Shown here one piece after another: positions 37,619 to 47,628 of a stretch of DNA of 64,000 nucleotides. Below the pieces are notes generated by a model. It did no database searches. It saw only the letters and a program-made list of their open reading frames with translations, and had not been told where the DNA came from. Numbering within the stretch: position 1 is the first letter of the stretch; each line of letters begins with the position of its first letter. A program made the position numbers and the translations under genes. Origin of the DNA: an uncultured Chloroflexia bacterium. GTDB lineage: Bacteria; Chloroflexota; Limnocylindria; Limnocylindrales; CSP1-4. Location: positions 96,001 to 160,000 of the forward strand of contig CAVQJC010000005.1 in the NCBI GenBank assembly GCA_963712745.1, in the 5' to 3' direction.

Positions 37619-39050
37619 TCAGTCTGGCGTGCCCGAGCTGATGTCACGGACCAGGCCGGTGCCGTCGGGCGTGCCGTCTGAACGCCACAGCTCACGGCCA
37701 TGGATGCGGTCGTCCGCGCTGAACAGGACGAGGTCGCCGAAGCGCGTGATCCAGGATGGGCCGGTCCCGCCCCTGCCCGGTGCCGTGTCCGCGATGAGGC
37801 GAGTCCCCTTCCGGGTGCCGTTGCTGACCCACAGCTCGATGCCGTGCTGCCGGTCCTGGGCCGCGAACACGGCCAGGTCTCCGATGGTGGCAATATCGCT
37901 GTAACCCTGCGGCCCGGCGGACTTGCGGCCCCGGGCGATGTCGCGGACCATGCGGGTCCCTTGACGCGTGCCATCGGACCGCCACAGCTCGCTGCCGTGA
38001 GTGCCATCGTCCGCCCAGAAGTAGAGCAGCGTGTCCCCGGCCTCGAAGTCGTACTGCCAGTTCGGCTTCAGCCTCTTGATGACCCGCGTGCCATCGGCAG
38101 TGCCGTCCGTGCTCCACAGCGCCCGGCCGCCGGACGGTGCGCGGGCGAAGAAGAAGGCCAGGTCTCCAACGGCGGCCACCGGCTCGGGATCGGAACCAGC
38201 CGGGCCGGTCGCCAGATCAGCCACCAGTGCCGTACCCTCGACGGTGCCGTCGGTGCGCCAGAGCTCGCGCCCGTGTGCACCGTCGTCCGCTGCGAAGTAG
38301 GCCATGCCGTCACCCGCCAGCACCCACTCCGTGTTGGTGCGCTCCGGGAATGACCGGAGCAGGACGGTGCCCGGCGCGGTCCCGTCCGAGCGCCAGACCT
38401 GATGGAAGCGGCTACCGGTGTCGAACGACAGCACGACACCGTCGCCCATGCGCATGGCCGTATCTGGATACGGGCAGAGCCCGTCGCGTGGCCGCAGGCC
38501 GAGAGCTTCCGTACCGCTGACCAACTCCGTGCCCTCGGGCGTGCCGTCGGTACGCCACAGGCCGCACCCCTCTTCTGCGCCGTCGGCCCAGAAGAGGACG
38601 TGTTCGCCGAGGGGCACCATGGACTTCGGGTACGACCTGCCCTCTCCCGGCGACAGGTCCGCCACCAGCGACGTGCCCGAGTCCGTCCCATCGGTGCGCC
38701 ACAGCTCTACGCCGGTCCGTCGGTCCTCTGCCGCGAAGTAGAGCTCATCGCCGATGGCGGTCATCTCGGTGATGGGATCCTCACGCTTGGTGGCGAACCG
38801 GTCGGTGACCAACACCGTGCCCTCGGCCGTCCCGTCCGTCCGCCACAGCTCGCCGGGCCGTAGACCCTGGGTGACGAAGTAGGCCTGATCGCCGACCACC
38901 ACGAACTCCATCCAGTCGATGGGCAGGCTGGAGGCCGGGTCGGCGGCGTGAGCACCGCCGGTCTCGGAATCCATCGGCCGCGGTCAGCGGAGTGGGCGCC
39001 AGGAGAAGCGCCACGACCATGATCGCGACGCACGAGTCGATCGAGCGCAT
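37619..39050 (-). CDS. ELWxxDGT repeat protein; signal peptide appears frameshifted near 38975
   Basis: About 9 ELWRTDGT-like repeats; the signal MRSIDSCVAIMVVALLLAP from 39050 is in another frame. Confidence 0.85.
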
Positions 39051-39168
39051 TCCAACCCCCTGTGCGAGGCATGCGGTCCCTGTCCCGCGTGGACCGAATG
39101 TGGCAGCGCACAGGCCAGCTGCACAAGGGACGTTCGTCACTTGCTGTCCGGCGCCCCTCCTCCGACCG

Positions 39169-41508
39169 TCAGTCCGCCGGAGCGTCAGTCTCCTCGCCGC
39201 TGAGCCAGCCGGCCAGGAATCCTGGCACGGACCACTCGGCTGCCAGGTCGCTGCCGAAGAACGCGGGCGCTCCGAACCGCTTGAGCGTGTCGCGCAGGCC
39301 CGGCGCGAGCGCGCCCTGCCCCAGCGCGATGGCGTCCGCAGCCAACTGCTCGTCGACGCGCAGGCGCATCGCGTCGGTCGGGGTGTAGAAGAGGTTGCCG
39401 TAGTTGCGATAGGCGAAGTCGTGGCGGATGCAGGCATCCCGCAGAAGATCGTCGAAGAGCTCGGCGAAGGGGCCGGCCGAGCAGCCGTTGGTGGTCCAGT
39501 CGAACCCGGCATCGATGGCATCACGTTCGGGCTGCTCCCAGATGGCCATGAAACGATCTAGTGGCTCCTCGAACACGAGCTGCTCCAGCCGAGCCGACTG
39601 AGCAGGCGTCGCGCGGCTCCTCAACTGCGGCAGGGCCGCCGAACTCGTCTGGCACCGATCGGGGAAGAAGCGGATGACGACGCAGGTCGTGATGGAGAAG
39701 ATCCCGATGGAGCTGCCGACCAATGGGGCGAACGAGCCGGTGCTGCTCACGGTGGTCCCTGCACCGCGGTCGTTCTCGAGCGCAGCGCCCTCGTCTTGTG
39801 CGTCGCCGACCGCGAGCGAGATCCTGGCCCTGACCCGGCGGTCGTCGTCCTCGGTATCGACCAGGCGAAGCGTCCAATCGGCACCGAAACGGTCGCGCCG
39901 GGCGCAGACCTCCCCTTCCCCACCGCGGACCGCGGCCGACGTGCACACCTCCGGCCCGAGGTGTGCCATGGGAGCGGGTGCCGCCTGTGCCTGCGCCAGC
40001 CATTCATCGACCTTGGCCCGCAGCTCAGCGATGCCGACGAGCGCCAGTGGCTCGGCATCGCTCTCGAACTCGGACGGATAGAGCAGGAACGGCTCCATCT
40101 GCGCTCCGCCGATACCGCCGTGGGAACCGAGCTGTGGTTCGAACGAGGCGACCTCGTCGGCGACCGGGTCGTACATCGAGATGACGACCAGGTCGCCGGC
40201 GTTGGGAGAGGCGGCGATGGCGTGCAGGCTCTCCGCGGCGTAGAGGCCGTAGTGGGCGAGAGGGTCCTGGCCCTCGATCAGCCCGCTCGTGAGGTCGTGG
40301 CTGCCGGCAGGCCCGAACGCGAGCAGGCCGCCGTCCTCCTGCTGCACCGCCACCAGGCCGATGCCAGGATGGGCGACCAGCCCCTCGACGAGCCCGGGAT
40401 GGCGCGATTCGATCTCGGCAGAGCGGATGCGTTCGCCCTGCGCGGGCAGGTAGATGTGCGCGAGGTTGCCCGACGCGGCCACCACCAGGTCCGGCGGATT
40501 GTCGGCGCCGGCCGGGTCCGCGCCAGGGGCCAGGTGACGGTTCACCACGTCGGTCAGCGTCTCTCCGTAGCGCAGTGCAAAAGGCTGGCCATCGGTCTGG
40601 CCGTGGTCGGAGAGGACCACCAGGTGGTACGGCCGGGGCGCCCCCTCTGCCACGGAGCTGATGAAGGCGAGCGACTCGTCGATATGCGTAAGGGCCGCCA
40701 TGGCCACCGGGTGGTCGACGCCGGCGTAGTGGCCGATCTCGTCGTACGTCGTCATCGTCGTGTAGATGTTCGGCGTGCCCCGCTGGAGCTCCCGTACGAC
40801 CGCGGCCGCGCCCACCTCGACCAGGGCCCATTCCAGGGCCGGCCCCACGACCGGCACCGGTGCCTTGCGCTTGATGCCGTCCGTCAGGGGCGCGGCCTCG
40901 CCGTCCAGCACATGCCGGAGCTCAGCCACCACGCCATCGGCGAAGCCGGCCACCGTATGGGCCACCTTGGGCAGGTCGGCCAGGTAGCGCACCACCTCCC
41001 AGACGATGGTCAGGCCGTCGAGGTTGGTGGCCGTGAACACGACGCGGGGTGCACCACCGGTGAAGAGGTTGGTGATGCTCGCGCCGCCGTCGGCCAGCAG
41101 GTCCGCAGGTCCGTCGATGCGAGCCTCGAACAGCCGCGCCTGCTCGCGGTCGAGGAAGTCGAGCAGCTGCCCGGTCTCACGGTCCCACCAGCGGAACCCG
41201 GGCACCTCTTGCTGGTTCCCGTGCAGCAGTCCGGCCTGCGTGACCGTGGTCGTGCTGGCCGCCGTGGTGCGCCAGCCGCCAAGGGTGTGGCTGCCCTGGT
41301 CGATCAGCTCGCTCAGATAGGGCATCGCCCCCGATTCGAGCGCCATACGCATCAGCGGCTCGGACAGCCCGTCGATCTGCACGAACACGAAGCCCGGCTG
41401 GGAGCCGTGGTCGTCCTCGGCCGCTGCCGTCACGGCCGCCGGTACGGCCCAGGCCGTGACCAGGGCGAGGATGAGCGTGAGAAGGGCTCGAGGCGCCCGC
41501 GACGACAT
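39169..41508 (-). CDS. Secreted alkaline phosphatase/phosphodiesterase-family protein with C-terminal prokaryotic phospholipase A2 domain
   Basis: VQIDGL, DEIGH, LSDHGQ, GSHGG; DWTTNGCS..ACIRHDFAYRNY. Confidence 0.85.
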   Translation of the reverse strand: MSSRAPRALLTLILALVTAWAVPAAVTAAAEDDHGSQPGFVFVQIDGLSEPLMRMALESGAMPYLSELIDQGSHTLGGWRTTAASTTTVTQAGLLHGNQQEVPGFRWWDRETGQLLDFLDREQARLFEARIDGPADLLADGGASITNLFTGGAPRVVFTATNLDGLTIVWEVVRYLADLPKVAHTVAGFADGVVAELRHVLDGEAAPLTDGIKRKAPVPVVGPALEWALVEVGAAAVVRELQRGTPNIYTTMTTYDEIGHYAGVDHPVAMAALTHIDESLAFISSVAEGAPRPYHLVVLSDHGQTDGQPFALRYGETLTDVVNRHLAPGADPAGADNPPDLVVAASGNLAHIYLPAQGERIRSAEIESRHPGLVEGLVAHPGIGLVAVQQEDGGLLAFGPAGSHDLTSGLIEGQDPLAHYGLYAAESLHAIAASPNAGDLVVISMYDPVADEVASFEPQLGSHGGIGGAQMEPFLLYPSEFESDAEPLALVGIAELRAKVDEWLAQAQAAPAPMAHLGPEVCTSAAVRGGEGEVCARRDRFGADWTLRLVDTEDDDRRVRARISLAVGDAQDEGAALENDRGAGTTVSSTGSFAPLVGSSIGIFSITTCVVIRFFPDRCQTSSAALPQLRSRATPAQSARLEQLVFEEPLDRFMAIWEQPERDAIDAGFDWTTNGCSAGPFAELFDDLLRDACIRHDFAYRNYGNLFYTPTDAMRLRVDEQLAADAIALGQGALAPGLRDTLKRFGAPAFFGSDLAAEWSVPGFLAGWLSGEETDAPAD

Positions 41509-41607
41509 GGGGGCAGCCTAGCGCAGACGGCGCCGGACCCCGGCAGCGGACCCCGGCGCCGCGAACGAGCACGCCCTCGACGAACGACAGGCCCACATCG
41601 ATGCCGC

Positions 41608-41643
41608 TTGACATCTTGATGCGACTATCTGATGCTTTGATGC
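41608..41643 (+). promoter_or_regulatory. Sigma70-type promoter and operator of a leaderless vapBC operon
   Basis: TTGACA-17-GATGCT-7-ATG, with three TGATGC direct repeats. Confidence 0.6.
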
Positions 41644-41886
41644 ATGAGGACCACCATCAAGATCGATGACGCACTCCTGGCGGAGGCAAAGGCACGCGCT
41701 GCCCGGAGCGGGCGCACGCTGAACGCCGTGGTCGAGGACGCACTGCGCGAGGCCTTTGCGCGCGGTGCCGCCCGATCAGCCGAACGACCGGCGCTGCCGG
41801 TCTGGCGGGGCAGCCGCCTGATGCCGGGGGCAGACCTTGATGACTCGGCCGCCCTGCTGGAACTGATGGGGATGCGCGAGCTTTGA
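41644..41886 (+). CDS. vapB: VapB antitoxin (RHH)
   Basis: MRTTIKIDDALLAEAK. Confidence 0.9.
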   Translation: MRTTIKIDDALLAEAKARAARSGRTLNAVVEDALREAFARGAARSAERPALPVWRGSRLMPGADLDDSAALLELMGMREL

Positions 41887-42317
41887 TACTCATCGACGTG
41901 AACGTGCTCGTACGTGCCTTCCACGACGGTGTGCCAGAGCATGCCCGCTATCGGGATTGGCTCGACGCCGTCGTCCTCTCGCCAGAACCGTTCGGCGTCA
42001 GCGAGCTCGTGCTGAGCGGCGTCATCCGGATATCAACGCACCCAAGGATCTTCGATCCACCCGCCTCGACCTCGGCTGCCCTGGCCTTCGCAGCCGCCCT
42101 CCGCGGCCAACCCAACGCCGTCATCATCACGCCGGGACCCCGTCACTGGGACATCTTCTCGAGCCTGTGCCAGACCGCCGACGCCAAGGGGAACCTCATC
42201 CCTGACGCGTATCTGGCGGCGCTGGCCATCGAGTCGGGCAGCGAGTGGATCACCACCGACCGCGACTTCAGCCGCTTCTCCGGCCTCCGCTGGCGCCATC
42301 CGCTGGCGACCAGCTGA
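41883..42317 (+). CDS. vapC: VapC toxin
   Basis: LIDVNVL, DAYLAALAIE, TTDRDFSRF. Confidence 0.93.
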   Translation: MILIDVNVLVRAFHDGVPEHARYRDWLDAVVLSPEPFGVSELVLSGVIRISTHPRIFDPPASTSAALAFAAALRGQPNAVIITPGPRHWDIFSSLCQTADAKGNLIPDAYLAALAIESGSEWITTDRDFSRFSGLRWRHPLATS

Positions 42318-42395
42318 GACGGCAACCAGGTATGAGACACGAAGGCTGCCAGGACTCTCCCTCCGTCGTGACGAAACCCTGATGACCCCCGGGGT

Positions 42396-44429
42396 CTAGC
42401 CTTCGAGGGCCTCCAGGAGCATCGGCAAGGACTCCTCGAAGGCCGGGTTCCAGGTCTCCCACGTGTGCGTGCCGGAGCCCGACACGGCGGTGACCGGGAT
42501 GCCGAGCTCCGCGAGCCGGGCCACGAAGACCTCGTTGTGCTGCGCCAACCACTCCTCCAGGCCGTCCACCACGGGGCCGCCCGCCTCTTCTGTGCCATCG
42601 CCCCAGGAGACGTACAGCGGAGTGCCCTCGAGGTTGGCCGCCAGCGTCACCGGGTCGTGCGCCTCCCAGATCTCGAGCTGCTCCTCCTTGTCACCCCACA
42701 GGGCGTAGTCGTGGAACCAGTCGGAGCCCAGCGGATCGAGCACGCCGCTGTACGAGGCCGCGGCACGGAAGTGGCCGGGGTAGCGAGCCGCGTAGGACAT
42801 GGCCCCGAAGCCGCCCATCGAGAGACCGGCCACGGCACGACGGTCGTCTGCCCGCCAGTCGGCCTCCAGGATCGCCGGCAGCTCCTCGATGTGGAACGTG
42901 GCCCAGGCGTTCTCGGCATTGCCCTCGCCGACGTTCCACCAGTCGGAGTAGTAGCTGGCCCCAGCGTCGGGCATGACCATGAGCACGTCGAGCCCGAGCT
43001 CTTCAGCGAGCCGGGGCGCGATGTCGGTGTCTTCGCTCCAGTTGGTGTAGTTCCCGCCCTGGCCATGGAGCAGGTAGAGCGACGGCCATGTCGCGTCGGG
43101 CTGTTCATCCCAGCTCGCGGGCAGGATGAGGCGCACTTGCTTGATGCCGACCGACGGCGACTCGATGGTCAGGTCGACCATGCGCTCCCCGATCTCGGTG
43201 ACGTCGGCGACACGAAGCTCGGTGATGGGCGCGGGCTCGGGCTCGACGACCTCCACGGCCGCGGCGTCCTCCACGGGTGCCTCGGCGACGTCATCGGCCG
43301 CGACGTCATCGGCTGGTGCCTCGGGCTCGGTGCCACGGGGCACCGGCAGCTCGGGCAGGTCGCTCTCGATGATGACGCCTTCGAGAGCGATGCCTCCGCC
43401 ATCCGTCGTCGTCTCCACGAGTGCCGTCAGCCCCTCATAGGCGCCCTCGCCGTCGAACACGACGGTCTCGGCCGAGCCGTCCGGGCGGTCGGGGTGATCG
43501 AAGCTGTAGCCCGGGCGTCCCTGCCAGGCACCCTCGTCGTTCTCGATGCGCAGGCCGCCGGCCCAGATGTTGATGCCATGGTCGAGGTAGGTGTCGTGGT
43601 CGAAGGTGAGCACCGCGTCGCCATTGAAGCGCTCGTCGGTGGTCGAGCTGCGGGTCTTCCAGGAGCCCCCGCGGCTCATCTCCAGTCCGCGCTCGCGGGT
43701 GGTGACCTCACTGGCGAGGTTCGGGCCGAAGGGGACGTAGCCGCTGAACACGACCGGGTCCGCGAGAGGGTGCGGGCAGGGCTCGTCGTAGGTGCAGCCG
43801 TTCTCGTCCAGCCAAGCCGCCCACTCCTCGGCTGATTTGGCCGACAGCTGGCCGTGCAGCTGGGCCTCGAGGACCGTGGACCAGTCGCCGAAGCTCAGGA
43901 GACCCGCCAGGTCAGGGTCGTTCGCCTGCAGCCACTGGCCCCAGGGACCGTCGACGTCCCTGAATCCGAAGGTGCCGATGCGCTGTCGCTGCGAGGCGAT
44001 GCCGTCCGCGGTGATGACCTGGGTCAGCGTGTGCGGGACTGGCGGGGCACCGACGAGCCGGTGCGAGTACGGCAGGTGTGCGTACTCACAGCTCACCGTG
44101 ACCTCGGTCGAGTCGTCGTTGGCCGCTGCTGAGCACTCCTGGTCGACGAGCTGTGTGCCCTCCGCCAGCTTCCAGCTGTAGAAGTGTTGCCACTGATCGC
44201 GCGACATGGGCCCGAGCTCCTCCGCGAACTCGGCGTCGGGGGCCATCAACCCGAGCATGTCAGCGACGGAACCGTCTTCGTAGGCCTCGAACCAGGCCTG
44301 GCTGACCGCCAGCGCCTCTTGCTCGGTGATGGTGGACGGCTCAGCCTCCTGAGCCACGACCGGCAGCGCAACCGCCACCAGCATCCCGGCCGACAGCAAC
44401 ACGGCCAGTGAGGTCTTGACCTTCCTCAC
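42396..44429 (-). CDS. Secreted multidomain esterase (SnoaL-like N-terminus; antigen-85-like C-terminus)
   Basis: Signal peptide; YLLHG, GLSMGG, GTHTW. Confidence 0.85.
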   Translation of the reverse strand: MRKVKTSLAVLLSAGMLVAVALPVVAQEAEPSTITEQEALAVSQAWFEAYEDGSVADMLGLMAPDAEFAEELGPMSRDQWQHFYSWKLAEGTQLVDQECSAAANDDSTEVTVSCEYAHLPYSHRLVGAPPVPHTLTQVITADGIASQRQRIGTFGFRDVDGPWGQWLQANDPDLAGLLSFGDWSTVLEAQLHGQLSAKSAEEWAAWLDENGCTYDEPCPHPLADPVVFSGYVPFGPNLASEVTTRERGLEMSRGGSWKTRSSTTDERFNGDAVLTFDHDTYLDHGINIWAGGLRIENDEGAWQGRPGYSFDHPDRPDGSAETVVFDGEGAYEGLTALVETTTDGGGIALEGVIIESDLPELPVPRGTEPEAPADDVAADDVAEAPVEDAAAVEVVEPEPAPITELRVADVTEIGERMVDLTIESPSVGIKQVRLILPASWDEQPDATWPSLYLLHGQGGNYTNWSEDTDIAPRLAEELGLDVLMVMPDAGASYYSDWWNVGEGNAENAWATFHIEELPAILEADWRADDRRAVAGLSMGGFGAMSYAARYPGHFRAAASYSGVLDPLGSDWFHDYALWGDKEEQLEIWEAHDPVTLAANLEGTPLYVSWGDGTEEAGGPVVDGLEEWLAQHNEVFVARLAELGIPVTAVSGSGTHTWETWNPAFEESLPMLLEALEG

Positions 44430-44591
44430 AGCATTCCTCCATTGGGTCGCACCGAGGCGTCGCCGGGCACGATCGCACCAACCCCCTGTCGATAGAGAGG
44501 GCTTGGACCCGCCATTTCGTTCCAGATCCGACCCCATCGCGCGGGTCTCGGGCGGCCCGAGCGGTGCCCGCCAGCTGGAGGTGCTGGTGAC

Positions 44592-44921
44592 CTAGGCGTC
44601 GTCCGACGCATCGTCACCGGTCCGGCGGCGACGCCTGGCATGGGATCGCTGCTTCCCGAGCTCGGTGATGAAGGCGCCCAGGATGCCCAGGCCGGAGATG
44701 ATGTAGGCGACGGTGAAGAGCTTCGCCAACTCTGTGGTCGGCGTAAGGTCTCCAAAGCCGACCGTGGCCAGGGCCACGACGGAGAAGTAGAGCGCATCGA
44801 CGACCGACCAGCCCTCGAGGAACATGTAGACGACGGTCCCGACCGCGACCATGGAGACGGCGCTGACGAGCAGCACTCTGGACTCGGGGTTGCCAAGCAT
44901 CGCTCGGGTGGCAGAGAACAT
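44592..44921 (-). CDS. Potassium channel family protein (2TM-pore)
   Basis: DALYFSVV..TVGFGD selectivity filter. Confidence 0.88.
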   Translation of the reverse strand: MFSATRAMLGNPESRVLLVSAVSMVAVGTVVYMFLEGWSVVDALYFSVVALATVGFGDLTPTTELAKLFTVAYIISGLGILGAFITELGKQRSHARRRRRTGDDASDDA

Positions 44922-45122
44922 CAGGTGCCAAGCCTCCTTCTGTGAACCGGCGCCTCTGGTGACCCGGCGCCTCGACTGCACTGAGCACGATGATGACGAA
45001 CGCGGCAGCCCCGCGGTGTTCGCACCCGGCGCCACCGGGGCGTCTGCGCAGCGCTCCCGACTCCATGCGAGCGCCCTGCCCCGGCCGGTGGTACGTTGCA
45101 GCGACAGGAGGCCCTCACCAGC

Positions 45123-47601
45123 TTGAAGTCGTCGTCCATCGTCCGTGCCTGCGTTCTTGCCGTCGCCGGCGCCTTCGCCATGAGCGCCATTCCGGGCGCC
45201 GGGCCGGTCACGCTCGGCCCTGCCCCGGTCAGCGCCGCAGAGGCCGCGTGCATCGACGGGTGGCGCCAGGTCAGGATGCCCACCGCCGCCGATCCCAGCT
45301 ACCTCATGAGCGTCGTCTCGGACGGCAAGGGCCCACGCTGGCTGCTGGGCGGCTCCCACGAGAAAGGCAGCATCGCCTTCCGGCGGGGCAAGGGCGGCTG
45401 GAAGCGTGTGCCCATCAGCGATGGCGGGACACGGGGCCTGACCGGCGGCTCCACCGCCAACGACCGCGACGTGGCCATCAGTGGCTACGTCAACACGCCC
45501 CAGATCGGACTCATCGGGAGGATGTCAGGCAACAGCTGGGCCAACAGCACGCTCCGGCCGGATGTCTCCACCCTCACCGGCACGGCCGTCAGCGGTGGCA
45601 CCACCTGGGTGGTGGGCACGCGTCAGCGTTCCGATCGCCTGCAGGCCGTGGCACTGCGCGGCTCGAACGGCCGCTGGTCCCGCCTGGATCCTCCGACCGG
45701 CAAGGGAGCGTCGGCCCTGACCGCGGTGGACGCCACGCCGTCAGGAGCCGTGTGGGTCGTGGGCTGGAAGCAATCCGGCAGTGGCTGGAACCGGCCCTTC
45801 GTCGCCCGCCGCGGCAACGACGGCTGGAAGGTCGGCCGCACCGCCCCGCTGCCGCCCGGGGAAGCCGTGCTCACCGACGTGCACTTCGCCTCGGGCAAGC
45901 GGGGCTGGACTCACTGGCTACCACGTCGACGCGGACAGCGGTCGGTACAGCCCCATCCTGCAGCGCTGGGACGGCAGTCGCTGGGAGGCGGTGGAGCTGC
46001 CCTTCGCGCAGGATCGCGAACTCATCGCGCGGGCGGTGGCGACCTCCGGATCGGGTCGCCTGTGGCTGGCCGGAACGCAGCTGGCGGGCGGCGAGGACGA
46101 GGTCAGGGGCTGGATCGCCGAGCTCCGCGACGACGAGTGGATCTTCCACCTCGTCGACACGCCCCCGGACATCCCCACCGAACTGCGCGCGCTGGCGGCC
46201 GGACGCACTGGTGCCGTGGCAGTCGGCTCGGCCCAGCCCTCGATGCTGCTGCTGGAGACCTGCGACGTGGAGACCCCGGCGGACGCGACGGAGGACCAGC
46301 CGATCGACGACGCGACCGAGGGTCCCTCCCCCGCCGAGGATGCGGCCTCAGCCGGGGGTGAGGACTCAGCCGGGGAGACCACCGCCGGCGAGGAGGAGAC
46401 CGCCCGCCGAGGTGCCACCCGCCTCGTGGCCCAGGGCAAGTCCGCTCCGCCGCCCTTCGGCCCCACGTTCGAGCCCAAGAAGTGGCGCGTCCGGGACGTC
46501 TCTCGCAAGCACGGCATGGAGACCAACGTCAAGACCTGGGCGGGGTTCATCCACGACATCGACGGCAACGGCTGGGATGACATCTTCTACTCGCGCCACC
46601 TCCTGGAGCCACCACGGCTGCTGCTGGCGGACGAGAACGGCCTGCGCGATGCCCCCGGGAGCGGCTTCAGCGTCATCGATCGTCATGGCTGCGACGCCTC
46701 CGATCTCGACGGCAACGGCCAGGCGGACATCTTCTGCACCGTCGGGCGCGTGCGCGGGACCGCGACCGGCCGGCACGAGCTCTCGATGAACCCGGCCACC
46801 GAGCAGGCTGCGATCGCACGCAATTCGGCCGGGGCGGTCGACCCACTCGGGCGCGGCCGATATGCGACCTTCATCGACCACGACGGCGATGGTGACGAGG
46901 ACCTCTTCCTGACCACCATCAAGCGCCGTGTCGATGGGCTCCCGGGCGGCAACCACTTCTTCGAGAACGTGGACGGCCGCTTCGTGCCCGCGCCGGAAGT
47001 CGGCCTCGACACGGCGGTCGGCAGCAAGTGCCTGTGGTCGGGCGACATCGACGGTGACGGTGACGAGGATCTCATCAACTGCGTGGCCAACCCCGACGAT
47101 GGCCGGCCGGCCGGCGTTCGCCTCTACCGCAACGACAAGGGGCGGCTCGTCGACCGCACCGCAGGACGGGGCATCAGCCCCATGGGCGACGTCGATGTGG
47201 CGGTCGCCGATGTCGACGGCGACGACCTACCCGACCTCATCCAGCTGGCCGAGGGCCGCCTGCGCGTCAGCACCCAGACCGATGGCGGATTCGTCAAGAC
47301 CTACGAGGCCAGCACCACGAACGCGGTGGCGATCGCGGCCGGGGACGTCAACCGGGACAAGCTGGCGGACATCTACGTCCTGCGCGGCGGTGACAAGACC
47401 AACGGCAAGGACTTCCTGCTGGTCAACCGCGGCAATGGCACGGTCTTCCAGTCGGCCCGCATCCCCCAGACGAAGAAGGGTGATGCCGACGACGTCCTGG
47501 CCATCGACTTCGACCGCAACGGCCGGACCGACTTCGTGGTCCTCAACGGCGCGGACAGGCCCGGGCCGGTACAGCTGCTGGCGACGCTGCCGCGCAAGTA
47601 G
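45123..47601 (+). CDS. Secreted beta-propeller plus FG-GAP/VCBS repeat protein with a +1 frameshift near 45909
   Basis: Signal peptide; multiple DxDGDGxxD motifs; ORFs 45096..46361 and 45781..47601 join at KRGW/LTGYH. Confidence 0.82.
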
Positions 47602-47628
47602 GCCGGGCCCGCTCCGTAGGCGAGCGGG

